A stretch of DNA of 41,031 nt from NCBI GenBank assembly GCA_037444705.1, contig JBBILY010000005.1, forward strand, positions 1-41,031. Direction: 5' to 3'. Positions 8,388 through 18,198 of the stretch are shown here, in pieces. The notes under the pieces are model-generated. The model made no database searches and was not told where the DNA came from. It saw only the letters and a list, made by a program, of their open reading frames with translations. This stretch comes from Chloroflexota bacterium. GTDB taxonomy: Bacteria > Chloroflexota > Anaerolineae > Anaerolineales > UBA4823. The translations under genes and the position numbers were made by a program. The number at the start of each line of letters is the position of its first letter. Positions within the stretch are counted from its first letter, which is position 1.

Positions 8388-11052
8388 CCCCTGCTCTCCT
8401 TTCGCCGCCCCCAGGCCACAACGCCGAGCAACACCAGCCCGCCCAGCGCCAGCGCGGAGATGGGCAGGGCGGCGCTCTCTGAGGCAGATGTGCCGCCCGC
8501 CTGCCGCTTCAGCGCCGTAAGGCGGGCCTCAAGGTCGTTGATCTGCGCCTCCAAAACCGCCACATGCCCTTCCAAATGGACGATGCGGGCGTCCTGCTCC
8601 TGCGAGAGTTCATACAGCCCCTGAATGGCGGCCAGAGAGATACCGACGGCGTCCATCGTGTTGATGTACAGCGGGTCTTCCACCTGTCCGAACAGGTAGG
8701 CGAAGCGGCCATTGAAGTCCTGCGCCACCGGGCCGATGTGGCGCATCTGCGGTGACTGCGCCTTCAGGTTCCAGGTCTGTACCGGCATCCCCGCCAGCGC
8801 CTCCAGCAGGCGGGCGCTGTCCACATCGGCAAAGTTCTCTTTGATATTGCGGTCGGAGACGGAGCCCCAGGAAGTGCCGTTGGGTGACAATTGTACACCC
8901 AGGCTCGTGCCGGAGGCAGAGTAGAACCGCGCCCCGCCGTGAGCGCGGACGGTGAAGGTGTTATTGCCCCAGGAGGAGGTGGCCTCGGCGCTTGACCAGA
9001 CAAACGACCCGCTGTGGGTGGCCTGGGCCTGAGCGCCGGCGGCGAAGGAGTACCCCCCGCTGGCGAGATTGTCTGCTCCACCGGGGACGGTGGCGGCGTT
9101 GCCGCTGGCGGTGTTGACCCAGCCGCCGCCCACTGTGGCGGACTGGTTGCTGGCGGTGTTGCTATAGCCCCCGCCGACGGTGGCGTAGTAGCTGCCAGCG
9201 GTGTTCATCCAGCCGCCGCCAACCGTGGCGTATACACCGGCGATGTTGGCAGCGCCGCCGCCGACGGTGGCATAGGCTGCGGCGGCGTTGTTCCAACCCC
9301 CGGCGACGGTGGCGCCGTTGCCGCTGGCGGTGTTGCTCCAGCCGCCCCCCACAGTTGCGGCCTGGCCTCCGGCGGCTCTGTTGTCCACCCCCCGCCGACG
9401 GTGGCATAGCGATCGTTGGTCGTGTCGCCATCGTCGTTGCCGGCGCGGTTCCCCCCGCCACCGCCGATAGTGCCATAGTCATCGGTGACGCGGTTGCGGG
9501 TGTAGGTCGGGGCGCTGGGATCCAACGGCCCGCCGCCAGCGATGGTGGCATAGGCTGCGGCGGCGACGTTGTAATCACCCCCGCCAACACTGGCGCCCTC
9601 TCCGCTGGCGGTGTTGGCCCCACCCCCGCCGACGGTGGCGATGAGGCCGCTGGCGGTGTTGGTCCAGCCCCCGCCGATGGTGGCATAGGCGCCGCTGGCA
9701 ATGTTGGAATAGCCCCCGCTGATTGTCGCGTTGTTGCCACCGGCGCCGTTGGAATAACCGCCGCAGACGGCAGCGACGTCACCGCTGGCGGCGTTGACAT
9801 ATCCCCCGCCGACGGTGGCGTAGGGGCCGCTGGCAGTGCTGCCATAGCCCCCACCGATGGTGGCCGCGAGGCCACTGGCGGTGTTGCTGCCGCCCCCGCC
9901 GACCGTGGCATAAGGTCTGTCAGAGGTGCTGCCTGCTTGATCGCCGGCCAGGTTGTTGCGCCCACCCCCCACCGTGCCATACTCGTCGGTCACGCGATTG
10001 GTGAAGGCGCTCGCTCCCCCACCAGCCACCGTTGCCCCAAACACACCCGCGGTCACGCTGTTGCCGCTGTAGCCGCCGATCAGATTGGGGCTGGTGGCGT
10101 TCGGCTCCAGGCGCAGGGCGCGGGCGTTGTTCACCCGCAGTTCCAGAGCCTGGTTATCGGTGGTGCCCAGAAAGTGCGTCGCTGGATTGGTGCCGGCATT
10201 GCCGCTGAGCCGCCAATAGGCAGCATCGTGGTTGTGATCGGAGCGAGCAACGGTGGCGGCCGAGCCGCTGCCGGCGAAATTCACACTCAGCGTCACATCG
10301 CCGCTGGCGCCGCCGCCGGTCAAGCCTGTCCCGGCATACACCGCCGTAATATTGCCCACCCCGCCCGCCACCGGTTCGCACGTCACTGTACCATCGGCGT
10401 TGATGACGCGGATGGCATTGCCGCTGCTGCACGTGCCGGTGACGCGCGTCTGGATGACGGTCGTGTTGACGCTGAACTGGTTGGCGGTCAGCGTCAACCC
10501 GGTCCCGGCGGTGTAGGTGGTGTCGTTATCCACGCCATCGGCAAAGCCGGGTGGCACGCTGGTCAGGCCACTCCACGGGGCAGTCCTGCTGTAGAGCGCA
10601 TAGGGCGCGGCGGTCAGCGCCTGGCGCGGGAAGAAGGTGGTGTAACTCCCGCTCCCGGCCGGGCAGCGCACGGCGATCTGTAGCCAGCGGGCGTCACCCT
10701 GGAAGGCGGTGCCGCCGAAATCCAGGTTGGGGATGGTAAAGTAGCCATTGCTCACCTGCACGTACATCCAGGTCTGCGTCATGCCGATCTGCGTACCACT
10801 GCTGTCAGCGTCCCATAGGCTGAACTGAAAGTCGCAGATGTCGGTTACCGGCTCGCCCCCGCTTCTCAACTGGCCCTGGTAGGTGAAAGCCGTGCCCAGC
10901 GCGGTCTGGAGACCCTCACCCTGCTCTCCCCCTGTCGGGGGGAGGGAATCGCCCTGCGGCGGTTGCGGCCCCTGGGCCTGGGAGAGACTCACAGCCAGGG
11001 CCAGCAACACCACAGCCAGCAGGCTGCTCAGGAATGTCCATCTGCTTTTCAT
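8384..11052 (-). pseudogene. secreted repeat fibre/adhesin with peptidase S74 chaperone and C-terminal TM anchor, frameshifted at C6 run 9388-9393
   Basis: Signal peptide, FTYQGQL domain, many ATVGGGxxNTASG repeats, SDRNIKEN..HIGPVAQDF, coiled coil, TM + RRK. One extra G joins ORFs 9205-11082 and 8384-9388. Confidence 0.85.
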
Positions 11053-11232
11053 TATGCACCTCCTCCTGGATTCTTGAGCCATCTGGACTGGCTGAAAGCC
11101 TGTCCTAAATTGTCATAAGCGCAGGGGTACGGCGTCAGACTTTGGTTACAGGCCATTCTCTTTCTTCTGTTCAAGCAGGTAACCTTTGCGAAGGTTTTTT
11201 GCATCCTTCGCAAAGGTCACTGCGTCATCGGC

Positions 11233-11553
11233 CTATTTGCCGGGTCGGATGGGCGCGGGCACTAGCGGCGACGGACCCCAGAGTTCTGCTGTCACATTGA
11301 GGGCGAGGGTGTGCAGTTCAGCCCACACCTTCTGCATCTCCTCGCTCGAGTGCCAGGTAGCCCAGGCGGCCATATCAGCGAACTCATAGGTTGCCACGAG
11401 CTGCGGCGCGCCGGCGGCTCCACGGTAGCCGCGGAACTCGACCACGCCTGGTCCGCCCACGGTGCGCGGTACTGCGGTCTTGAGCCAGTCCAGGTAGGCT
11501 TCCGTCTTGTCCGGATGGATGTCCCACTTGACCACAAAGAGCACCATCGTCAT
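11233..11553 (-). CDS. dimeric alpha-beta barrel (ABM/DUF1330-like) protein
   Basis: WDIHPDK.EAY..W..PGV..EF.D..AW..W..S pattern. AAGGAGG RBS. Confidence 0.7.
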   Translation of the reverse strand: MTMVLFVVKWDIHPDKTEAYLDWLKTAVPRTVGGPGVVEFRGYRGAAGAPQLVATYEFADMAAWATWHSSEEMQKVWAELHTLALNVTAELWGPSPLVPAPIRPGK

Positions 11554-11789
11554 TCACCTCCTTTCTTCCAAAGATCCCCTTCATCCCAGGACTGCGTTGA
11601 TAAGGGCGCGACGAAACGCTCGATGAAAGCGAGCAGTTGATGCTGGTCACGAAACGCTGTTCCCTCACCGCTTTGAATATGCTCGATACGCCCGCGCCAG
11701 CTCCTGGTCCGGTTGGAGCCTTCCCCTTGCCATTCCCACCAGAAACGAATGACGAAGGTGTTTTGTGGCTGTTCTTGGTGGTGTGGCAT
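11550..11789 (-). CDS. small conserved protein typical downstream of SARP/STAND regulators
   Basis: FVIRFW.E..WRGRIEHIQSGE..F..LLAFI motif. Overlaps the next gene's start. Confidence 0.7.
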   Translation of the reverse strand: MPHHQEQPQNTFVIRFWWEWQGEGSNRTRSWRGRIEHIQSGEGTAFRDQHQLLAFIERFVAPLSTQSWDEGDLWKKGGE

Positions 11790-11882
11790 TTCGTCTCCAG
11801 AAAAAAATCAAAGACTGCCCTATCAAAGAGCAGTCTAGCATATGGGTATCAAAAATTTATCAAATGGGAATGGGTCTTCAAT

Positions 11883-14800
11883 TCAGGGATCGCGCCTGGC
11901 GCATTCCAGGTAACGCTGTCGCTGCTGGGCGTCGGGGATGCGCTTGGCCTTGGAGGCGACAATCTCTGCTGCCAGGCGCGCTTGTGACTCTGCTTCCCGC
12001 ATATGGCCTGCAGCCCGCAGAATCCGGCCGCGCGCATGGTGGACATATTCCGTTGTGATCCAGCTCTCGTCGCTCTGGGAGAGCAGGTCTACAGCGCGCC
12101 CGCTGTGAGCCAGCGCCGCTGGCAGGTCGTCCTGCGCCAGCCGGGCCAGACCCAGTTCCAACTCGCCCCATAGTTCGTACCTCGGAACGGTGATCTCGCG
12201 GCCAATGTGCGCGGCCTCGGCCGCCTGGGCGCAAGCCGCGGCGGGATTCCCCAAACGCCTTTCGGTGCGCGCCAGCGCTGCCAGTCCCGCTGCCAGGTTG
12301 GCCCGCGATTCACTGTCACGGGCCAGGGCCACGGCTTCGCTCAAGTCGACCTGCGCCACCATGGGTTGCCCGGCTGCGAGCTCCGCCAGCCCCAGCCCGA
12401 TGAGTGCTTCTATGAGCCGCCGACGGTGCCGGATGCGGCGCGCCAATTCGGCGGCTTGCCTCAGCCAGTGGAGTGCGTTCGTTGTATCCCCCAGATGATA
12501 GTAAGCCAGGCCACTCCCTAATTCAGCCGCCACAAGTCCATGTTCGGTGCGCAACCCTTGCTGTGCGGAAATCGCTTGCTGAAACAAATCTAGGGCGGTC
12601 GCATAGTTGCCGCGACACAGTTCCCAGGACCCCAACTGGGTCAGGCCATACGCCTCGGCGGAGCGCGCGCCAATGCGCTGCGCCAGGTGCAGGTGCTCGG
12701 TCAGATACCGCTCCGCCTCAGTCAGACACCCCATCTCGCGGTAGATCGCGCCGATGTCCAGGCCGGCCCAGGCCACGCCGTTGAAATCGCTGAATGCCTG
12801 GTGATCAGGGTAGGACTCCTGTTGATAGGCGAGGGCGCGGGCATAATCCCCCAGGTGAAAGTGCACATAGCCCAGTGTGTGCGTGATATGTCGGCGCGTC
12901 TCGCGGTCCGCTTCTGGGGTCATTTCCAGGGCGGATTCCAGGGCCGCCAGCGCTGGCCGGGGTTGCCCCAAGAAGTAACAGGCGAAGCCGACCTGGGTCA
13001 GCAGGTAGCACCGCGCCGCCGTATCGTGCAGAAGATCAGCCAGAGACAGGCCCTCCTCCGCGGCGACGATGGCTGCCTCATACTGCGCATCCAGGTTCAG
13101 ATAGCGCGCCTGGAGTATGCGGGTTTGCAGGCGCAGACGCTCATCGCCGCTGGCCTCCGCCAGGGCATTCAGTACCGTCAAGTCGGCGTCACGATCGCCC
13201 AAGCGGGCCTGGAGATAGCGCGATTCGGCGCGGTCGGCTAAGATCTGGCCACGGCGACGCAGGCAATTCAGCCGTGAGCAATCGGGATCCAGTTGTTCCA
13301 GCAGTTGTAACATCCGACCTTGATACTCTTCTGCCTCCTGCCAGGCAAACACTGCCGTTGCCTGTTGCGCTGCCAGTCCATAGTAGTGGATCGCCTTCTC
13401 TGCCACGCCGCCGACATCGAAATGGTGTGCCAACGCCCCAGCCAGGGCGATGGGGTTGGTATACAGGCGCTCCATCGTTTCGCCAATCAAGCAGTGCAGG
13501 CGTTGCCGGCGGCGATGGTGGATGGCGGTGTAGGTAACACTGTGTACCAGGTGATGCACAAATTCATAGTCACGCTTAATAACCCCGCTTCCCTCGCGCA
13601 AGAAGCCACGCCGCAGTAATTCGTCCACCGCTTGCAGGGCAGTCTCCTCATCCATTCCCTCGGCGTGATGGACAAGATCAAAGTCGAAGGCGCGCCCCGC
13701 AACCGCGGCGCAGGTGATCCACTTGTGCGCGGCTGAGGATAGATCGCTTAGACGCGAGGCGATTTGGGCGCGCACGTTGCCGGGCACGGGCAAGGCGCCG
13801 TCTGGGCGGGGCATCTCTGCCAGCGCCCGCAAGGTCTCGATGATGAAGAAGACATTGCCTTCGGTTTGCGCGTACAGGTGATTGACGAATTCTGCATCCG
13901 CATCGGCCTTGAAAGTACGCCTGACAAGCTCAGCGACTGCCTCCACTGAGAGGCGTTCCAGCGCCAGGTGCTGCGCCAGACCCTCGTGTGCCAGTTGAGC
14001 CGAGATTCTCGAGAGCGCGTGGGGTTGACAAACATCCTCTGGACGCAATGTGCTGAGATACAACACGCGCACGTCAACCGTTTGTCTCACCAGATAATGG
14101 ATCGCTGCAAGCGTCGAATCGGCTGCCCAGTGCAGGTCTTCCAGAACGATTAGCAGCGGCGCATGCGCCGAGAATTGTCGTACGAGTGTGGCAATGGCAT
14201 GATACAGAATGGCTTGCTGATCCTGCTCTAAAGAGACGGATGGAGGCAAGGGTTGATTCGGCGGGGCAACCATTTCTGGGACAAGGCGCGCCAGTTCACT
14301 CCGCACCCAGGTTGGTAACTCCAGAGATGCATGGCGTGCTTGCTGAGTCAACTCATGCAGGATTTCAATCAACAGTTGGTGGGGCAGTACCTGCTCTGGT
14401 TCGAAGCAACGTCCGCGGGCGACCATCCCGCCGTGCCAACGTACCACGGCTGCGAATTCTTCGGTCAAGCGCGTCTTGCCAACCCCGGCTTCGCCGCTGA
14501 TGATGATCATGCCCCCTCGCCCTTGGACTGCTTGCTCCCAGCGCGCCTGTAGCGCTTGCATCTCGCGCTCGCGTCCGATGAAAGGCGGTCGCTCGATTAC
14601 ATCCCCTTGCGTCGGTGGCTTCACTGGGTATAGTTCGACTGGCATAGGAATAGTGAAGTAGGCACCAAGCAGTCTTTCTGCTTGCCGGAGCATTTCTAAG
14701 GAGGGGGGTGCGTGAAGCTCATGTTGTCGCGTTTCGCAACAGATCTGCCATTGACGCCGCGCCCCAGCAAGATCGCCTAATGTGACTAAGGAGCGCATCG

Positions 14801-15407
14801 CCGCCAGGTGGACATCTTCCATAAGGGGGTCGCGGGCAAGATATTTTTGGGCGTATATCAGCACTTCCCTGGCATCACCCTGGGCTTCGTGCCAATCCAT
14901 CAGCCGCCTTAACGCTTTGAGATAAAGGGATTCCAGGCGATAGCGTTCTTCAATGCACCAATCGTCATAATAACCTTGCAGGAAATCACCGCGGTAGAGC
15001 GCTACCGCTTGACGGAGCGCAGCGGCGGCGTGTTGCTCGTCTGGGGCAGTGCGGCTGCTGTCCAGAAGCGCCTCGAATTCGGCGACATCGAGCCAGAACG
15101 AAGCAGCGGGGTTGAATTGCACAGTGGTTGTGTCTGCCAGGAGGTATTCATCACCGAGCAAGCGGCGGATACGCCACAACGCCGTGGCGAGGGAATGGCG
15201 CGCGTGGGCCTCATCTTGGTCGCCCCAGAAGAGCGTGGCGAGTTCGTCACGGAGGTGAGATCGCTTGCAGTGAAGAATGAGATAAGCCAAAAGCGATTGG
15301 GTTTTGTGCGTGGCTAGAGACGGCAGCAGTAGGTCGCCACGTCGAAGCTCCAGATGCCCAAAAAGGTAGATAACCAGGCTGGAGCAAGTGGGTTTCTTCG
15401 CTTGCAT
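11883..15407 (-). CDS. SARP/AfsR-type regulator (wHTH-BTAD-AAA/STAND-TPR)
   Basis: LLAYL..R.ELA.LFW, LYRGDFL..W, Walker A GEAGVGKT, LEDLHWAD, TEGN.FFI, TPRs. Confidence 0.93.
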   Translation of the reverse strand: MQAKKPTCSSLVIYLFGHLELRRGDLLLPSLATHKTQSLLAYLILHCKRSHLRDELATLFWGDQDEAHARHSLATALWRIRRLLGDEYLLADTTTVQFNPAASFWLDVAEFEALLDSSRTAPDEQHAAAALRQAVALYRGDFLQGYYDDWCIEERYRLESLYLKALRRLMDWHEAQGDAREVLIYAQKYLARDPLMEDVHLAAMRSLVTLGDLAGARRQWQICCETRQHELHAPPSLEMLRQAERLLGAYFTIPMPVELYPVKPPTQGDVIERPPFIGREREMQALQARWEQAVQGRGGMIIISGEAGVGKTRLTEEFAAVVRWHGGMVARGRCFEPEQVLPHQLLIEILHELTQQARHASLELPTWVRSELARLVPEMVAPPNQPLPPSVSLEQDQQAILYHAIATLVRQFSAHAPLLIVLEDLHWAADSTLAAIHYLVRQTVDVRVLYLSTLRPEDVCQPHALSRISAQLAHEGLAQHLALERLSVEAVAELVRRTFKADADAEFVNHLYAQTEGNVFFIIETLRALAEMPRPDGALPVPGNVRAQIASRLSDLSSAAHKWITCAAVAGRAFDFDLVHHAEGMDEETALQAVDELLRRGFLREGSGVIKRDYEFVHHLVHSVTYTAIHHRRRQRLHCLIGETMERLYTNPIALAGALAHHFDVGGVAEKAIHYYGLAAQQATAVFAWQEAEEYQGRMLQLLEQLDPDCSRLNCLRRRGQILADRAESRYLQARLGDRDADLTVLNALAEASGDERLRLQTRILQARYLNLDAQYEAAIVAAEEGLSLADLLHDTAARCYLLTQVGFACYFLGQPRPALAALESALEMTPEADRETRRHITHTLGYVHFHLGDYARALAYQQESYPDHQAFSDFNGVAWAGLDIGAIYREMGCLTEAERYLTEHLHLAQRIGARSAEAYGLTQLGSWELCRGNYATALDLFQQAISAQQGLRTEHGLVAAELGSGLAYYHLGDTTNALHWLRQAAELARRIRHRRRLIEALIGLGLAELAAGQPMVAQVDLSEAVALARDSESRANLAAGLAALARTERRLGNPAAACAQAAEAAHIGREITVPRYELWGELELGLARLAQDDLPAALAHSGRAVDLLSQSDESWITTEYVHHARGRILRAAGHMREAESQARLAAEIVASKAKRIPDAQQRQRYLECARRDP

Positions 15408-15506
15408 GCCGGTTTTTCCTACGATAATTTTAGCATTCTTTCGTGTTCATACATATCAAAATGATCCCCGGCTAAGGTTCAATAAGGAACGCCATCGCCG
15501 CGTATA

Positions 15507-15571
15507 TGTGACATTAATCACTATTGCATCTATGAGGCTTTGGAAATATAATGTATTCAATCATTTGAATA
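15507..15571 (+). promoter_or_regulatory. promoter: Crp-like box + sigma70 -35/-10 + TATTCA-N6-TGAATA operator
   Basis: TGTGA-N6-TCACT 15507-15522, TTGCAT-17-TATAAT (15524-15552), TATTCAA-TCAT-TTGAATA 15554-15571. Confidence 0.75.
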
Positions 15572-15651
15572 TATTTTTGGTGCGATAAGAGTTCTTTTGT
15601 TGTCCCAGGAGATTAGAGCGGAGAAAGATGTTAATCCAAGGAGGCGTGGTC

Positions 15652-15861
15652 ATGTCGGTTTACAGCTACATCTGTGAAAAATGTAAAGCCAAATTTGAGG
15701 CGTTCGCCTCGATCCAGAAGAAAGAATCGGGCTGGCAGCCAGCATGTCCAAATTGTGGTAGCCCGCAGACGCGACAGATTTTCAAGCCGGTCATGACGCT
15801 CACAAGCACCAGGGGAGCATCATCTGCTGGGGGCGGTTGCTGTTCGCCCAGAGGAGGGTAG
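15652..15861 (+). CDS. FmdB-family zinc-ribbon protein with C-terminal CC
   Basis: Y.Y.CxxC..FE..CPxCGS..GGGCC. AAGGAGG RBS. Confidence 0.85.
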   Translation: MSVYSYICEKCKAKFEAFASIQKKESGWQPACPNCGSPQTRQIFKPVMTLTSTRGASSAGGGCCSPRGG

Positions 15862-15865
15862 CCTT

Positions 15866-16159
15866 ATGACGCGTATGCCACCCGCTTCTGGGGCCTGTTG
15901 TCTTCCTAATGTAAATGGTGTCACTTACCTCAAGGTTGGGCCGCAGGGCCGTACAGTTGGGATGATGGGTCTGGACAAAGTTTTTCAGCAGTTGGTTGTG
16001 ATGGGGCGCCTTCCCGAAGATGTCACCGACGCCGAATTAGTCGGGATGGCGCGCCAATTCAACTGGATCGCAGATAAGGAGTCCATCGAGGCTGAGTATG
16101 CTGTCGCACTGCGGCGGGCTTATGAGGCCTATTATGCCAGGCAGGAGAAGAAAGCATGA
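15866..16159 (+). CDS. hypothetical protein with N-terminal Cys-Cys
   Basis: GGAGG RBS, ACCLP, ATGA overlap with next gene. Confidence 0.75.
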   Translation: MTRMPPASGACCLPNVNGVTYLKVGPQGRTVGMMGLDKVFQQLVVMGRLPEDVTDAELVGMARQFNWIADKESIEAEYAVALRRAYEAYYARQEKKA

Positions 16160-16958
16160 ACGCTCTGCTGACAAAGCGGGTCGCGATCATCGGGGCGGGC
16201 AATATCGGCCGAATCCTGCTCAATCGTTTGCTTGCTTCAGGGGTGCCGGCTGAAAACCTGATGGTCTGCGACAGCGACGAGAAGCGGGCGATCGCGGCTG
16301 CAAACCAGTTCGGTGTGCGCCCTATCGCCCTCAGCGACGAGCCTACTGGACTGCCGATGCAATTCTGCTGGCTGTGCCGCCAAAAGCTGTGCCCGACCTG
16401 TTACGAACGGCAGGCAAGCAGCTTCAGTCCGGGCGACTCGTGGTCTCCTTCGCGGCTGCCATACCTTTAGAATGGCTGGAATCCTGGCTGCCAGCCGGGG
16501 TCATGGTCGCACGCGTAATGCCCAACGCAGCCTCACTTGTCGGAGAGGGGATGAACCCAGTGGCTTATGGACGGCGGGTCTCGCCCGAAGGGCGCGCCCT
16601 GGTCGAAGCGATTCTGGGCTGCCTGGGTGAAAGCATCGAGGTCAGCGACAACCTGATCAACTGGTGCGTGGGCCTGAGTGGGGCGGCCATGCGTTCGCTG
16701 CTGCCCGCGCTGGAAGGCATGACCCAGGCTGGGGTCGAAGCGGGATTCAGCCAAGCGAACGCCCGACGCATAGCGGCGCAGGTGATGCTTGGCACGGCGG
16801 CGCTTGCCTTGCAAACCGACCTGTCCTTCGACGAAATCAAGGCCCTGACGCCGATGGAAACGGTGGATGAGATCGCCCTGGCGCGGATCTTCGCGGATGC
16901 GGCTCGCGCCGCAAAAGAGAAAGTGGATCATCTTCAGCAAAGACTGGAGAATGTGTAG
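16156..16958 (+). pseudogene. proC: pyrroline-5-carboxylate reductase-family protein, frameshift near 16341
   Basis: IGAGNIG in the first frame. ADAILLAVPP, S.AA.I, RVMPN, G...G..A in the second frame. One added G (GAG GCC TAC) joins them. Confidence 0.8.
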
Positions 16959-16984
16959 AGCGTTCGTCATATAAGGAGGGCATA

Positions 16985-17365
16985 ATGAAAATCGAAATTT
17001 TGGGCACCGGCTGCTATAACTGCATCGAGCTCGAGACGCTGTTGAACGAGGTTGTCGAAGAGCTTGGCACAACAAATGTTGAAGTCGTGCGCGTCAGCGA
17101 CGAAAGGCGTATTCGCAAATACATACCTCTGGATGAAATCCCCGGTCTGCTTATTGACGGCGTGCTGGCCAGCACCCGCGAAGTTCCGCCCCGCCAAACG
17201 CTGGTCGAATGGCTCTCTGGCGTTCGGGTAGCCGAAAAAATGGCTGAGACCAATCTGGGCGTTAAAGATTTGTGCCTGTGGCGCAACGAGTGTTTAGAAA
17301 GAATAACCGAATCATGCGGCGGTCGAAAGATGTCCGGCGCGAGAACCGTGAGAAATTCGATGTGA
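16985..17365 (+). CDS. MTH895-type thioredoxin (CYNC), C-terminal extension of uncertain significance
   Basis: MKIEILGTGCxxC..PGLLIDG..VP..WL. AAGGAGG RBS. Confidence 0.82.
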   Translation: MKIEILGTGCYNCIELETLLNEVVEELGTTNVEVVRVSDERRIRKYIPLDEIPGLLIDGVLASTREVPPRQTLVEWLSGVRVAEKMAETNLGVKDLCLWRNECLERITESCGGRKMSGARTVRNSM

Positions 17366-17390
17366 AGCAGAAGATCAAAAGTGGAGCGCC

Positions 17391-18194
17391 ATGAACCAAC
17401 CTCTTTTGATGGTAAAGGACCTGAGTCTGAAGCGAGATGGACGTGAAATACTGCGCAAAGTGAACCTGTTGGTTTATGCGGGGCAGGTTCATGCGCTGCT
17501 CGGTCTGAATGGTTCAGGGAAGTCTTCGCTGGCCTACGCGCTGATGGGCTGTGAAGGGTATGTACCTGATTCGGGTAGCATCTTGTTCGACGGAAAGGAT
17601 CTAAACGGTCTATCGATCACGGAACGAGCGCGCTTAGGGATCACCCTGGCCTGGCAGGAACCCGCCCGGTTCGAGGGCATTTCAATTGGCAAGTATGTCA
17701 GCCTGGGGATGGCCGATGCGGATCGCGAGAGGCTCTCCGCGGCGCTGGAGGCGGTCGCGCTGCCGTCTAAATACTATGGTTTTCGCCTGGTAAACCACAC
17801 ACTTTCAGGAGGCGAGCGCAAGCGGGTGGAACTGGCCGTGGTATTTGCCATGCGCCCGCGACTGGCCATCCTGGACGAACCGGATTCAGGCATCGACATC
17901 CTGGGGCTGAACGACATTGCTGTCCTCATCCGCCGCATGGCGCGCGAAGGGACAGCCGTTCTCCTTATCACCCACCGCGACGAGATGGTCGAGGCGGCCG
18001 ATGTCGCCTCGCTGATGTGCGCTGGCACAATCCTGTTCACGGGCAATCCTGATGAGTCGCGGGAATATTACGCCAAGCGCTGCAAGCCACACCTGGAGGC
18101 GTTGGGCAGCCAGCCATGGGATCCATCCCTGCCCGAAGTCAGGCAGGCGCTGGCCAGCAATGGCGCGCAGCGTCTCAGCGCAAAGGAGGAATGA
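17391..18194 (+). CDS. sufC: SufC-like ATPase (SmsC type)
   Basis: GLNGSGKS..LMG, ERARLGITL.WQEP.RFEG, LSGGERKR.E, LDEPDSGID, C-terminal Y-X3-C. Confidence 0.88.
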   Translation: MNQPLLMVKDLSLKRDGREILRKVNLLVYAGQVHALLGLNGSGKSSLAYALMGCEGYVPDSGSILFDGKDLNGLSITERARLGITLAWQEPARFEGISIGKYVSLGMADADRERLSAALEAVALPSKYYGFRLVNHTLSGGERKRVELAVVFAMRPRLAILDEPDSGIDILGLNDIAVLIRRMAREGTAVLLITHRDEMVEAADVASLMCAGTILFTGNPDESREYYAKRCKPHLEALGSQPWDPSLPEVRQALASNGAQRLSAKEE

Positions 18195-18198
18195 CCAC

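Noticed and set aside
8384-9388. Prophage tail gene
   Set aside because: The S74 protein has a Sec signal and TM anchor, and no phage structural genes are nearby.
9014-10683. Long opposite-strand and alternative-frame ORFs over the fibre gene (e.g. 9355-10683, 9162-9980)
   Set aside because: Shadow ORFs from GC-rich repetitive codons, with no RBS or motifs.
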